Source: an archaeon
GTDB lineage: Archaea; Iainarchaeota; Iainarchaeia; Iainarchaeales; CSSED10-239
Assembly (NCBI GenBank): GCA_041657425.1
Contig: JBBABY010000003.1
Coordinates: 90,001-122,000 of the forward strand
Direction: 5' to 3'
Length of the DNA stretch: 32,000 nt
The notes beneath the pieces were generated by a model that was not told the origin of the DNA, searched no databases, and saw nothing but the letters and a program-made list of their open reading frames with translations. The translations under genes and the position numbers were made by a program. Position 1 is the first letter of the stretch, and each line of letters opens with the position of its first letter. This document shows, piece by piece, positions 8,009 through 17,597 of the stretch.

Positions 8009-11000
8009 TATGCAACACCCCGTGTGTAATTTTCCCACGCCATATAATTCTTACCACGTTCATTTGGCACCGTGTAATTCAACTGATAGATAGAACCGGC
8101 AACCGGGGAATACATACTTGTAGTATAAACAGTAGTATTTAAATCCACGTCTTTTAAATAGAAATCTATCTGCGTAGTTAAATCCGTCATATCTTGGAAC
8201 GACCAGAAGAATGTTACGTTGGCCGGATCAGGTTCAACCGCCCAAACTTTGGTATTTCCATTTGCATACAAGTCATCCCATATATTATCCGTTGTGGTAG
8301 ATGTTGTAATGAACCGGAACTGATATTCTGCTTCCTGTGGATATACCTGATAATAATTGGAATGCCCACCATATGTTATTACAATGTCGTATTTTAAAGT
8401 GCTTAACATTGTAAATACAACCGCTCCCATATTATCAGTAGAGCCAGACATTATCAATGTCCCATTAAGAGCCTGATTTGCATCTGCAACATTCATTCCA
8501 TAGTTGGAAATTAAATCGCTGACTCCATATGGTAAAGTAGTAGAATTGAAACGAGCACTTACAGTTGCCCCGATAAGTGGATTCCCATATACATCTACGA
8601 TTTTAAACAATGCTGTTTTTGGAGTGTACCATGTGGTAGAAACTGATGACACTATCTTCGTCATAAATATATTTTCTGTCAAATTGGTATTAACGAAATA
8701 CGTTACATAATTTGTATCATAACTATTCGCTGTCACCGTAAATGAATGTTGCCCGGCGGAATATGTTCCCGAGAATATTCCACTTGCAGATCTAATTATA
8801 GAACCATTATCATCAACAACCGAAGCATTATTAGTTATTAGATTTCCAGACGAAGAATCTTTAACATATAATACCACAGAATATTTATATGTCAGAATCA
8901 AATCTGCACGCCCGCGTGTTGCCGAAGCAGTTATATAATTACTCGATGTTTTAGTATCCGACCCATAAGAATTTGTTGCTGTCAATATAACTGTATACAC
9001 ACCATAACTACTGTAAGTGTGAGATGGATTTTGTAACGTAGACGTACTGCCATCTCCGAACGTCCACGACCACGAAGAGGGGGAATTTATAGACGTGTCG
9101 GTAAACTGTACAGACAACGGGGTAAACCCACTTGTTGGCGTTCCGGTAAACGATGCTGTGGGAGGTTGTGGTGTTGTAGCATTTACATAATATATTTTTG
9201 AACTAGAGCCAATTATATTTGTAGATGTCAAATTCACCGTATAATTTCCAGCAGTGGAGAAAGTATGTGATGGGTTTTGTGAAGTGGATGTGCCGCCGTC
9301 GCCAAACTGCCATAACCGAGAAGCAACCGATCCCGTTGTTGTGTCAGTGAAATGGACTGTTAATGGGATGAAACCAGTATGAGGAGTGTATGTGAAGTTG
9401 GTAATGGGTGGTGATGGGGTTGTTACGGTGATATATGATGTTTTTGTTATAGTGTTCGCACCTCCAAGATTCTGAGCATACATAGTTACACTATAAACAC
9501 CCGGTATTGTATATGTATATGATGGATTTTGCAATAACGACTGTGGTGTTCCCCCGCCAACAAAATTCCACCACCAATAAGTAGGCGAATTTGTAGATGT
9601 ATCGGTAAACTGCACGGTTAATGGGGCATCACCACTTGTTGGTGAACCAATAAATGATAATACCGGAGATGGAGGGACTGTCACCGAAACATAATTTGAC
9701 ATCGTTATTGAACTATTCCCCCAATTGTTTGTAACATTTAACCGTATCGAATACGTACCGGCAGTTGTATAGGTATGCGTCGGGTTCTGGCTGGTGGAGG
9801 TTCCGCTGTCACCGAATGACCAATTCCATGTTGTAGGGTAATTTTGTGATGTATCGGTAAATTGAACTGCTAGAGGCATATAACCACTCGTTGGTGTTCC
9901 CGTGAAAGATGCAACTGGCGCAGGTGGTGTTGCAGTTATATTGATATAATTAATTTTATTTATAGTTCCCACCCAATTGTTGCTAGCATAATGAAATACA
10001 GTATATAATCCGGGGGAAATATATGAATGCGTAGGATTCTGATCTGTAGAATTTGTTCCATCGAGACTGGTACCATCGCCAAATGTCCATCCCCAAGAGG
10101 TGGGATTATTAGTAGAGTTATCAGTGAACTGTATCGGATAATTAGTATATGCTACTAACGGATAAGCATAGAAATCAGCAACCGGAGCTATATCGATAAC
10201 CAAAACCCCATTATTATATACTCCAAGTGTCGAACTATTCCCATATGGATTTGTAACATTTAAATGTGTATCATATTGTCCATAATGCCAATAAGTGTGC
10301 ACGGGGTTTCTCACCGTAGAATTTGTAGTGTTTCCGTCTCCAAAGTCCCATAACCACGAAGTTGGATAATTAGTTGACGTGTCAGTAAATTGTACTGTAA
10401 ATGGAGTATTGCCATTAGAAGAAGTAGGAATAAACGACGCAACCGGCGCTGGTGTTGTCACATTAACCCATGTTGTTTGTGAAGAAATATTACTTCCAAG
10501 ACTATTTGTTGCATTAAGTTTTATTGAATTGTTTCCATAGTTAAAAGTAAACGTAGGGTTTTGTAATGTGCTAAATGAAATGGGCGTATTGTTTTCCGCT
10601 ATATTTGTAGCAGTCCAATTCCACAAAGTAGGATAATTTGTTGAAGTATCTGTGAACTGCACGGTTAGAGGAGTTGCGCCCGTAGTTTGATTTGCAGTGA
10701 AACTAGTGACTGGGGGTGAGGGGTATACTGTGACATAAGCACTATAAGTCATAGTATGCCCACCCCCGTCGTTTTGTGCATATAATGTTACATCATAAGT
10801 TCCAGTAGATGTATAAGTATGTATTGGATTTTGTACATTTGTATCCCAATAAGTTCCATTATTACTATCTCCGAAATGCCAGAGCCAATATGCGGGATCA
10901 CTGGTTGATGTATCAATAAATTGTACCGTTAATGGTGCAAGTCCCTGTAGTGGCGTAGTGCCATTGGTAAAACTTGATTCCGCTGGTGTATGGAATACAT

Positions 11001-13710
11001 AAACATAATTGTAAGTCGAATTAAACCAACTTGTTCCATTACTATTACTCGCAGAATGTTTAACGAAATATTGCCCCGGAATATTATAAGTAAACAATGG
11101 GGATTGCACGGTAGATGTATTACCATCACCAAACTCCCAATAGTAAGAGTTCGCATTTATCGAAGTGTCAGTGAAATTAACTGTAACCGGTACTATACCA
11201 GTTACTGGAGTATATGTAAAATTAGCAATGGGAAACAATGGTGTTACCACATTAATGTAATCTGTCTTCGTAGTAGTATTAGTTATAGTTCCATTTTCAG
11301 ACATATATGCATGAAGTGAAACATTTTTATACCCAGAAGTTACATATGTATAAACCGGATTTTGCGCTACCGAATAGTTTCCATCGCCAAAACTCCAATT
11401 CCATGCGTCAGGATACCCACTACTATTATCAGTAAACAAAACCGGGTTGTTAATATATAATGATGTAGCATTTGCTGTAAAATCGGCATTAACATTCGGC
11501 CATGTTCCGATTATCGCATTTGCCGAATTTGCCTGATTAAAATTCCACCATGTGGAGTTTCCAATGTCATAATAATAACTATTGGTTTTATTAAACGAAA
11601 ATACGTCAACGGTTCCCGGTTCGGCATATTTTGTATACGTGATATCAAAATCAAATAATGCGTTCGATGGAGCAGTAAATCCAGATGTCTTTGACATATT
11701 AACAATTGCATATCCGTTATGAACGGACGAAGAATCTATAGAAAGTCCCGGTATATTAGCAGAAGATTCATTAATGCGAATGTTATTAACCGAAACGTGA
11801 GATGTATCCCACGTGAAATTAACAACTACATGGGTTGTATTTGAAGAAATATTTCTAGCGATGGCCGTACCAACATATGGGGTTTGATTATTTATTTGAA
11901 CGTTTGAAGATCCTACTTTATATTGAAGTAATGAATCCGGGTTTGGATCAGTTATTGATGTAACATTCACCCATGTAACCTGCGTAGAGAGATTGTAACC
12001 ATTTGCATTGGTTGTATTCAATTTAATACTGTAGTTGCCAGCGTTGAATATACCAGTTGTATTTTGTACAGTTGACCAGATGGTTTGCGTATTGTTTCCG
12101 CCGGATATTCCCTGATACGACCAGTTCCAAGTTGTAGGTGAACCGGAAGATGTATCATTGAACAATTGTGTTACGGTGTTAGTTCCCGTGATTGTGTTAC
12201 TTGGTGTGAATGATGAAACCGGAGGTGTTGGGGTAAGATATCTAATAATAACGACACCCGAACCACCCGCACCACCACTCCCTGTATCATAGCACCCTCC
12301 ACCACCGCCTCCGAATCCATCTGTTCCCGGAGCGGCATTGTTCGCTCCAACACTGCCGTATCCTCCGCCACCTATACCACCGTCTCCTCTGATAGCACCA
12401 GTCCATGCGGCTGACGCTCCGCCGCCACCACCACCGGCGTAATATGTCAAGTTGCCAGTAATAGATGAGGATACCCCAGCACCACCAGCGCCTGCACCAG
12501 TCGCAGCATAACCATGAGAACCCGCTGCGCCAGCACCTCCACCACCGCCTGTTGGTCTTGCGTCCCCCACCCCCAAATCTGCGTCTCCACCATCATTTCC
12601 CTGCGAAGGGGATGCTGGAGGAGTGTTCCCATATCCATGATTTGTTTGCCCGGCTGTTGCCCCCCCACCAGATCCTCCATTACCTCCGGCAGACGAAACT
12701 GCACATCCACCACCGCCACCGCCGTTTGATATGATGGTATCGAACGTGGAATTTCCACCAATATTTCCCACCCCATTGGTAATTTTAGTAGCACCACCAG
12801 CACCTACAATAACAGCAAGACTATTTCCCGATGTAACCGAATATGATGTATTGTTGCGGAATCCCCCGGCTCCTCCACCGGCACCACCATTTAATCCACC
12901 AGATCCGCCGCCTGCAACAACAAGATACTCTACATTACTTACACCAGTTGGCACAGTCCATGTGGTTGTACCAGTGGTATTCCACATTAAAACGGTGTAA
13001 GCACCATCCGTAAGTGTATAAGGACTTCCAGTATCAGTCCATGTAGGATCTATAATTAGAGGATATGAAATTGGAATATAATCGTAATATGGGATTGTTA
13101 CCCCACTGACATCCGTTTCATTTTTTATATCTGTAAGTGTAGAATTGAATATCTGCAACGTCCTGTTATAATCTAAATTGAGTGCAGAACCATCCCACGT
13201 ATATTCCATATCGATGTGATTACCGGCAGCATCTATACCAAATGGTTTCTCGGCAATGATGCCAACCATTGTATTACCGGAAGTGGCAGAAACTATCTTC
13301 CATTGCCCATGATCCCAAGGAATGATTTTAGAATCGTTATCTAAATTAATTGGGAAAGACAGTTGCTTATCTTCTTTTAAGATAATGGTTTCTTTTAAAG
13401 ATTTTCCGGTATAACGATATGACATTGATACAATTGGATTGTCTATAACAAGCCAGTCTTTTTCACCGGATGTCCATGTAAGATTACCATTATCTGTTTT
13501 TGTAACGGCTGGAATAAACGTTGTATTATCAATCGTAGTAGATGTTGCAACAGATAGTCCATTTGTATTGTCAGCGAATGTTACAGCACCGTTTGTTAAA
13601 TTTACTTCCGTTCCAGATGCAGATGTAACACCCTCGTTTAAATCAACGGCACCTACTACACCCATCAATAAACAAATCAATAAAACAATTAAAATATTTC
13701 TCCACTTCAT
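8008..13710 (-). CDS. Giant secreted surface protein (1900 aa): signal peptide, N-terminal domain, glycine-rich module, about 11 PKD repeats, C-terminal carboxypeptidase-regulatory-like domains
   Basis: Uninterrupted 5.7-kb ORF. Signal MKWRNILIVLLICLLMGVVGA. TWTVPTGVSNVEYLVVAGGGSGG plus poly-Gly at aa ~235-492. Recurring (V)QFTDTS.N.P..W.W.FGDG..S..QNP.HTY...G.Y.V PKD signature. Dozens of N-x-S/T sequons. Confidence 0.93.
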   Translation of the reverse strand: MKWRNILIVLLICLLMGVVGAVDLNEGVTSASGTEVNLTNGAVTFADNTNGLSVATSTTIDNTTFIPAVTKTDNGNLTWTSGEKDWLVIDNPIVSMSYRYTGKSLKETIILKEDKQLSFPINLDNDSKIIPWDHGQWKIVSATSGNTMVGIIAEKPFGIDAAGNHIDMEYTWDGSALNLDYNRTLQIFNSTLTDIKNETDVSGVTIPYYDYIPISYPLIIDPTWTDTGSPYTLTDGAYTVLMWNTTGTTTWTVPTGVSNVEYLVVAGGGSGGLNGGAGGGAGGFRNNTSYSVTSGNSLAVIVGAGGATKITNGVGNIGGNSTFDTIISNGGGGGGCAVSSAGGNGGSGGGATAGQTNHGYGNTPPASPSQGNDGGDADLGVGDARPTGGGGGAGAAGSHGYAATGAGAGGAGVSSSITGNLTYYAGGGGGGASAAWTGAIRGDGGIGGGGYGSVGANNAAPGTDGFGGGGGGCYDTGSGGAGGSGVVIIRYLTPTPPVSSFTPSNTITGTNTVTQLFNDTSSGSPTTWNWSYQGISGGNNTQTIWSTVQNTTGIFNAGNYSIKLNTTNANGYNLSTQVTWVNVTSITDPNPDSLLQYKVGSSNVQINNQTPYVGTAIARNISSNTTHVVVNFTWDTSHVSVNNIRINESSANIPGLSIDSSSVHNGYAIVNMSKTSGFTAPSNALFDFDITYTKYAEPGTVDVFSFNKTNSYYYDIGNSTWWNFNQANSANAIIGTWPNVNADFTANATSLYINNPVLFTDNSSGYPDAWNWSFGDGNYSVAQNPVYTYVTSGYKNVSLHAYMSENGTITNTTTKTDYINVVTPLFPIANFTYTPVTGIVPVTVNFTDTSINANSYYWEFGDGNTSTVQSPLFTYNIPGQYFVKHSASNSNGTSWFNSTYNYVYVFHTPAESSFTNGTTPLQGLAPLTVQFIDTSTSDPAYWLWHFGDSNNGTYWDTNVQNPIHTYTSTGTYDVTLYAQNDGGGHTMTYSAYVTVYPSPPVTSFTANQTTGATPLTVQFTDTSTNYPTLWNWTATNIAENNTPISFSTLQNPTFTFNYGNNSIKLNATNSLGSNISSQTTWVNVTTPAPVASFIPTSSNGNTPFTVQFTDTSTNYPTSWLWDFGDGNTTNSTVRNPVHTYWHYGQYDTHLNVTNPYGNSSTLGVYNNGVLVIDIAPVADFYAYPLVAYTNYPIQFTDNSTNNPTSWGWTFGDGTSLDGTNSTDQNPTHSYISPGLYTVFHYASNNWVGTINKINYINITATPPAPVASFTGTPTSGYMPLAVQFTDTSQNYPTTWNWSFGDSGTSTSQNPTHTYTTAGTYSIRLNVTNNWGNSSITMSNYVSVTVPPSPVLSFIGSPTSGDAPLTVQFTDTSTNSPTYWWWNFVGGGTPQSLLQNPSYTYTIPGVYSVTMYAQNLGGANTITKTSYITVTTPSPPITNFTYTPHTGFIPLTVHFTDTTTGSVASRLWQFGDGGTSTSQNPSHTFSTAGNYTVNLTSTNIIGSSSKIYYVNATTPQPPTASFTGTPTSGFTPLSVQFTDTSINSPSSWSWTFGDGSTSTLQNPSHTYSSYGVYTVILTATNSYGSDTKTSSNYITASATRGRADLILTYKYSVVLYVKDSSSGNLITNNASVVDDNGSIIRSASGIFSGTYSAGQHSFTVTANSYDTNYVTYFVNTNLTENIFMTKIVSSVSTTWYTPKTALFKIVDVYGNPLIGATVSARFNSTTLPYGVSDLISNYGMNVADANQALNGTLIMSGSTDNMGAVVFTMLSTLKYDIVITYGGHSNYYQVYPQEAEYQFRFITTSTTTDNIWDDLYANGNTKVWAVEPDPANVTFFWSFQDMTDLTTQIDFYLKDVDLNTTVYTTSMYSPVAGSIYQLNYTVPNERGKNYMAWENYTRGVA
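8930..12228 (-). repeat. Tandem array of about 11 diverged PKD-domain coding repeats (~300 nt each) inside the giant gene
   Basis: The FTD(T/N)S...W.W.FGDG...QNP.H.Y motif recurs about every 100 aa between aa ~495 and ~1595. Confidence 0.8.
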
Positions 13711-13889
13711 ATTACTCTCCCCCTTCGTGCCATACGTTTAACAAACGCCTCAAACCCATAAACACGACCATCCGATGCAATACGTATTTCACCGACTCGA
13801 TCTAAATGTTCTAAAAAATCAACATCAAACCAAGTACGTATCATATGCTTCTTTTTCCCTTGTGTATTCTTTTTAGTCATAGTCTTCAT
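13707..13889 (-). CDS. Small basic protein, first gene of the giant-protein operon; possible ribbon-helix-helix-like regulator
   Basis: 60-aa ORF. Its stop overlaps the giant gene's ATG (ATGA). A Lys-rich N-terminus is followed by HMIRTWFDVDFLEHLDRV (strand then helix). The functional guess is weak. Confidence 0.5.
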   Translation of the reverse strand: MKTMTKKNTQGKKKHMIRTWFDVDFLEHLDRVGEIRIASDGRVYGFEAFVKRMARRGRVI

Positions 13890-14045
13890 TGTTTATAGAC
13901 ATTACTAATATTTAAATCTTTCTATTACTCTCCGACGTTAACGATAAGATTTCTTTATATATACGTTCTATAACAACATTCAAATACTAAAACAATAACT
14001 AGACGAAAAGTATAAATACTTATTAGTATTAACATTATTATTAGT
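13890..14045. promoter_or_regulatory. AT-rich divergent promoter region
   Basis: Minus-strand TTTAAATA (plus 13909-13916) lies ~20 nt upstream of ATG 13889. Plus-strand TATAAATA (14011-14018) lies ~28 nt upstream of ATG 14046. No ORF in the region. Confidence 0.55.
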
Positions 14046-14198
14046 ATGCCTAGAATTCATGAAAAAGATTTAATACCAGAAGGATTTTACTGGTGCCTAA
14101 AGTGCCACTGGGCATGGCACCCTAGATCCAAACGAATACCGGTCGCCTGCCCAGATTGTCAATCTCGTCGTTGGAAAAATGGAGAGAAACAACCATGA
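14046..14198 (+). CDS. Small Zn-ribbon protein (50 aa), not in the ORF track
   Basis: Manual translation: MPRIHEKDLIPEGFYWCLKCHWAWHPRSKRIPVACPDCQSRRWKNGEKQP. Same C-x2-C-x-[HW]-x-W...CP-x-C layout as 6207..6359. Its stop overlaps the next ATG (ATGA at 14195-14198). Confidence 0.6.
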   Translation: MPRIHEKDLIPEGFYWCLKCHWAWHPRSKRIPVACPDCQSRRWKNGEKQP

Positions 14199-14422
14199 CG
14201 CGCATAAAACTCTCGCTTAAACTTGGAATAACAGGCGGTATTATTTGGAGCTTACTTTTCACAGCCTACTATAGTATGCTTCCCTACATCACAATCTCAC
14301 AAGAACAACGTTTCACCTTCGCATGGCAAAGTGCCACTGTATGTTTCATCTTAATGGTTGTCGTTATTCTTGCGCTGCCGCCTTTGTATAAAGCAATGAA
14401 AACCGGGGCAAAAAAACAATGA
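14195..14422 (+). CDS. Small 2-TM membrane protein
   Basis: The ORF track starts at TTG 14156. ATG at 14195 (MTRIKLSLKLGITGGIIWSLLF...) is translationally coupled to the upstream gene. Its stop overlaps the next ATG. Confidence 0.6.
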   Translation: MTRIKLSLKLGITGGIIWSLLFTAYYSMLPYITISQEQRFTFAWQSATVCFILMVVVILALPPLYKAMKTGAKKQ

Positions 14423-16038
14423 GACATTTATACATTATTTTACTATTTGCCCTAATCATTACTCCTGCTTTAGCGGATAATGTTACAATAATTACTCCTA
14501 TACCTACATCAATACCAACTACAATGCAAACGGGTTATATCCCAACACCAACACCTATTCCCACATCCACACCGGAACCTATTGTTATACCGACGCATTA
14601 TATTTCACAAGGCGAAATAGTATATATCAACGATACTATTGATATATCAGGTGTTGTTGCTCCATACCCACAACTAGCATACTGGAACGGGCGAGATATG
14701 TATAACACAAGTGCATCATATATTATAACCTTACCACATGCGAAAGCAGGTTACTATCATTTTTATATAGATCCGTCAATTTTTGAAACACGCACGGGGA
14801 AATGGTATAAATATGATGGAACATATGAAACGCACGGAAACAACATTGCATTTGTAGTATATCCACAATCTTACAGAAATAGCACAATGACGTATAGTAA
14901 TGGAACTATTGTTAACATTTCCGAATTGATTATAAATAATTATACAGATATTGAAATACCAATATCTCCGCCGGTTGAAATCAAACATATATCTGATTAT
15001 TTGGTTGCTCGTGGAGATCCATTCGTGGTAAAAACAAATGCTACAACAAACATTTGGTTATTCGGTAGAGTTGATAAACTACTTGATTTTAAATCAACAA
15101 ATTCAACTTTAATTGATATATCAAAAGACGTTCTAACAGGATTTGAACCCGGCACATATACCGTAATGTTACAAACAATAAACGAACGAAACAGTAAATT
15201 CTTTACTGTTATATATGATAATACAGAAAAAGAAATAAAATGGTTTGATCTTCCATCGTTTAGTATCAAATCATTAGACATAAATGGTTTATCTCCAAAA
15301 GTTATTCTCGAAAAATTCTGGCAAATAACCCCGGAAACAATGGATACATTTAAAACATATTCAATGGAATATCAATTGCCAACAATCGAAATTCAAAGCG
15401 TGTCGGAAAAACTTACTCCGAATGAAACTATAAATCAAGCAGGTGTAGTTGAATATAATACCAACGTTAGTTACATCCAAGTAAAAGGATACACCAATGT
15501 TGCAATAGGTTCGCCATTAAAATTCATCATTGATGAACAGCAACAGGATTCCAAAACACTGGAGTCACATACAACAATTGCCGTTACAGCAGGAAGTAAC
15601 AACCCGGGAGATATGAGATGGTTTGATGTTACAATTCCAGTCTATAAATATAATATGTGGCTGGGAGATCATACAGTAACCGCTTATACAAATCTATCTA
15701 CTGGCGGAACAGTATATACATTCGTAATATATTCCGCTCCATTAGATGCATATATTCCACCAAAAACAATACGTTATATATCGGGAGAATATGGACCGGA
15801 AGAATTTATTCCAACGCCAACACCAATCATTCAAAATGTAACAGTCACGGTGCCCGGACCAACACAAATAGTTACTGTAAAAGTTACGCCTTCCGATGAA
15901 CAAATAAAGACTCAACAAAAAATAATTGCTGATGAAAATATAAAGAAGTGGGCAACGCGAATAATAATAGGAGCAATAATTATTGGTGTGGTCTGGTATT
16001 TAATTTCTATATATCTACGTAGAAAGGAATTGAAATGA
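14419..16038 (+). CDS. Secreted surface protein (539 aa) with Thr/Pro linker and C-terminal TM anchor; probable glycoprotein
   Basis: Signal MRHLYIILLFALIITPALA, PTPTPIPTSTPEP linker, many N-x-S/T sequons, C-terminal IIIGAIIIGVVWYLISIYLRRKELK. Confidence 0.85.
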   Translation: MRHLYIILLFALIITPALADNVTIITPIPTSIPTTMQTGYIPTPTPIPTSTPEPIVIPTHYISQGEIVYINDTIDISGVVAPYPQLAYWNGRDMYNTSASYIITLPHAKAGYYHFYIDPSIFETRTGKWYKYDGTYETHGNNIAFVVYPQSYRNSTMTYSNGTIVNISELIINNYTDIEIPISPPVEIKHISDYLVARGDPFVVKTNATTNIWLFGRVDKLLDFKSTNSTLIDISKDVLTGFEPGTYTVMLQTINERNSKFFTVIYDNTEKEIKWFDLPSFSIKSLDINGLSPKVILEKFWQITPETMDTFKTYSMEYQLPTIEIQSVSEKLTPNETINQAGVVEYNTNVSYIQVKGYTNVAIGSPLKFIIDEQQQDSKTLESHTTIAVTAGSNNPGDMRWFDVTIPVYKYNMWLGDHTVTAYTNLSTGGTVYTFVIYSAPLDAYIPPKTIRYISGEYGPEEFIPTPTPIIQNVTVTVPGPTQIVTVKVTPSDEQIKTQQKIIADENIKKWATRIIIGAIIIGVVWYLISIYLRRKELK

Positions 16039-16550
16039 TTGACTACATCCACACGGCTGCTTATGTCGGAGTAATTTCTACACTCCTTTATTTAATCCCA
16101 CTTTGTTACTGGGATATAAAAAACCGCTCAATACCAAAATGGTCTTTCATTCCACTCATAATAGTTAATGTTCCGGCTTTATTACTCCTTTATACTAACG
16201 GATTACCATTTGCTTATATCGCATTGTCGTGTTTGATGACCGCACTATTTATATTTTTATTTACCAAAAATTGTTATCGCGGAGCAGATGCGCGATTTCT
16301 GATATTGATTTCATGGTTCTGTATTTTAAATCCATTAAACCCTGCTGATAGTAGTAACATCTTTCAAATTATATTTATTATAATGCTGGCATTTACTTCT
16401 ATCATATGGATGATATGTGTTTATTTTTATAACCGACGTGCAGGAAACAAAAATTTAAATTTATGGAATAAGTTTAATAATTACCCACGCGGTTCCCCGT
16501 GGATGCTTCCGATTGCAGCAGCGGTTATTTTAACGGCGGTATTTGCATGA
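16035..16550 (+). CDS. A24-family type IV prepilin/preflagellin-like aspartic peptidase (FlaK/PibD/EppA class)
   Basis: 171-aa polytopic protein. First catalytic Asp lies in CYWDIKNRSIP (DxxxRxIP-like). Second Asp lies in YRGADARF (GxGD-like), 58 residues later, which matches the FlaK/PibD spacing. ATGA overlap with the upstream gene. Confidence 0.75.
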   Translation: MIDYIHTAAYVGVISTLLYLIPLCYWDIKNRSIPKWSFIPLIIVNVPALLLLYTNGLPFAYIALSCLMTALFIFLFTKNCYRGADARFLILISWFCILNPLNPADSSNIFQIIFIIMLAFTSIIWMICVYFYNRRAGNKNLNLWNKFNNYPRGSPWMLPIAAAVILTAVFA

Positions 16551-16729
16551 TTGATGAATTGATACTAATTTTTGTTAATTTAATACTCATCCCTCTAGCA
16601 GTATTAAATCCGGATAATAATATGGTTACAACCATGTTAATTCCATTATTTATAATTGATGTTATTTATTTCGTTGTATATGTAATGGGTTCATTCTTAT
16701 TCAAATCTTTGGAAGGTGATAATGTGTGA
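16547..16729 (+). CDS. Small 2-TM membrane protein
   Basis: ATG at 16547 overlaps the peptidase stop (ATGA). MIDELILIFVNLILIPLAVL... The ORF track lists a longer 16499 start inside the peptidase gene. Confidence 0.5.
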   Translation: MIDELILIFVNLILIPLAVLNPDNNMVTTMLIPLFIIDVIYFVVYVMGSFLFKSLEGDNV

Positions 16730-16914
16730 TGGAACCAGAAATAATAGTAATAGATAAATTCGAAGTGTTCTACACGTGGTACTGTTGGTGGAAAGATCAC
16801 GGTGGAATGCATTATTTTGGTTGGGATGATGGAAATTATATTATTGAAGGTTTAAAAAATAACCCCGCCAAAATAATAAGATTGGGAAGAAAACAAGGAT
16901 GGTGGAAAGATTGA
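16729..16914 (+). CDS. Small Trp-rich hypothetical protein
   Basis: ATG at 16729 abuts the previous stop and is preceded by GGTGAT. 61 aa (MEPEIIVIDKFEVFYTWYCWWKDHGG...). Confidence 0.5.
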   Translation: MEPEIIVIDKFEVFYTWYCWWKDHGGMHYFGWDDGNYIIEGLKNNPAKIIRLGRKQGWWKD

Positions 16915-16937
16915 AAGACAAATCAAACCGGATTAAA

Positions 16938-17045
16938 ATGGACAAAATTAAATTGCCGCAATGCTTTGGAACGCATAACGAAAAATCAAAAGAATGTTTT
17001 GAATGCTGTATTTGTGAATCGTGTTATAATTTGAAGGAGAAATAA
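16938..17045 (+). CDS. Possible 35-aa Cys-rich micro-protein
   Basis: MDKIKLPQCFGTHNEKSKECFECCICESCYNLKEK. It ends 1 nt before the next ATG. Very short, so weak. Confidence 0.3.
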   Translation: MDKIKLPQCFGTHNEKSKECFECCICESCYNLKEK

Positions 17046-17046
17046 A

Positions 17047-17340
17047 ATGGCAACCCGTGAAGAAGAAATGGCAAAACTTCGTGACCGTTACGCACGACTA
17101 CAAAAAGGTGATACACCTGTAGAAAAACCAAAACCACGAGAAGAATCACCAATTATAAAAACAAAGGTAAAAAAACCACGCTTAAATTTAAAACCATATT
17201 TATTCCTTATTGAAAACGACATCAGGAAATTATTCCGACTTCCACAGAAAGAATGGAAGGTTGGCGGGTTGAAGTTTGAAACAATAGATAAACCATTAAA
17301 TCTCGAATGGTTGGAAAAGAAAGGGGGGAAACTTTTCTAA
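17047..17340 (+). CDS. Basic hypothetical protein (97 aa)
   Basis: ORF preceded by GGAG. Lys/Arg/Pro-rich centre. No recognisable domain. Confidence 0.6.
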   Translation: MATREEEMAKLRDRYARLQKGDTPVEKPKPREESPIIKTKVKKPRLNLKPYLFLIENDIRKLFRLPQKEWKVGGLKFETIDKPLNLEWLEKKGGKLF

Positions 17341-17597
17341 TCTTCAGTTTCCATTTCTTGAATGAAAGGTTCTTCTTGCGGATAATTATCCATTTTTTCC
17401 GGGTCTATTTCAGAAAGGTTTTCCAGATTTCTCAATTCTGTTTTGTCATTAGAATATTTTTCAAGTATATTATTTGCGCGTTCTATTAATTCTTGGCGTA
17501 ATTCTTCCCATAATTTTAATGCGGTATTTTTGAAAATACAAATGTATCGTGTGTTTGTTTCTTCACAATCTTTAGTTCCAACCAAATAAACTTTCAT
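17337..17597 (-). CDS. Acidic hypothetical protein (86 aa)
   Basis: ORF convergent with 17047..17340. 4-nt overlap with the upstream basic ORF 17594..17824. Confidence 0.55.
   Translation of the reverse strand: MKVYLVGTKDCEETNTRYICIFKNTALKLWEELRQELIERANNILEKYSNDKTELRNLENLSEIDPEKMDNYPQEEPFIQEMETED

Noticed and set aside
8930-12228. Regularly spaced repeats that could be mistaken for a CRISPR-like or satellite array
   Set aside because: The period is about 300 nt. The repeats are diverged and in-frame, and they encode PKD domains. No short identical direct repeats with unique spacers occur anywhere in the window.
12171-13000. Several 66-118-aa ORFs on both strands (12447..12803, 12465..12734, 12514..12729, 12731..13000)
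   Set aside because: They lie inside the GGN-rich glycine module of the 1900-aa gene. Low-complexity GC-rich coding sequence keeps other frames open.
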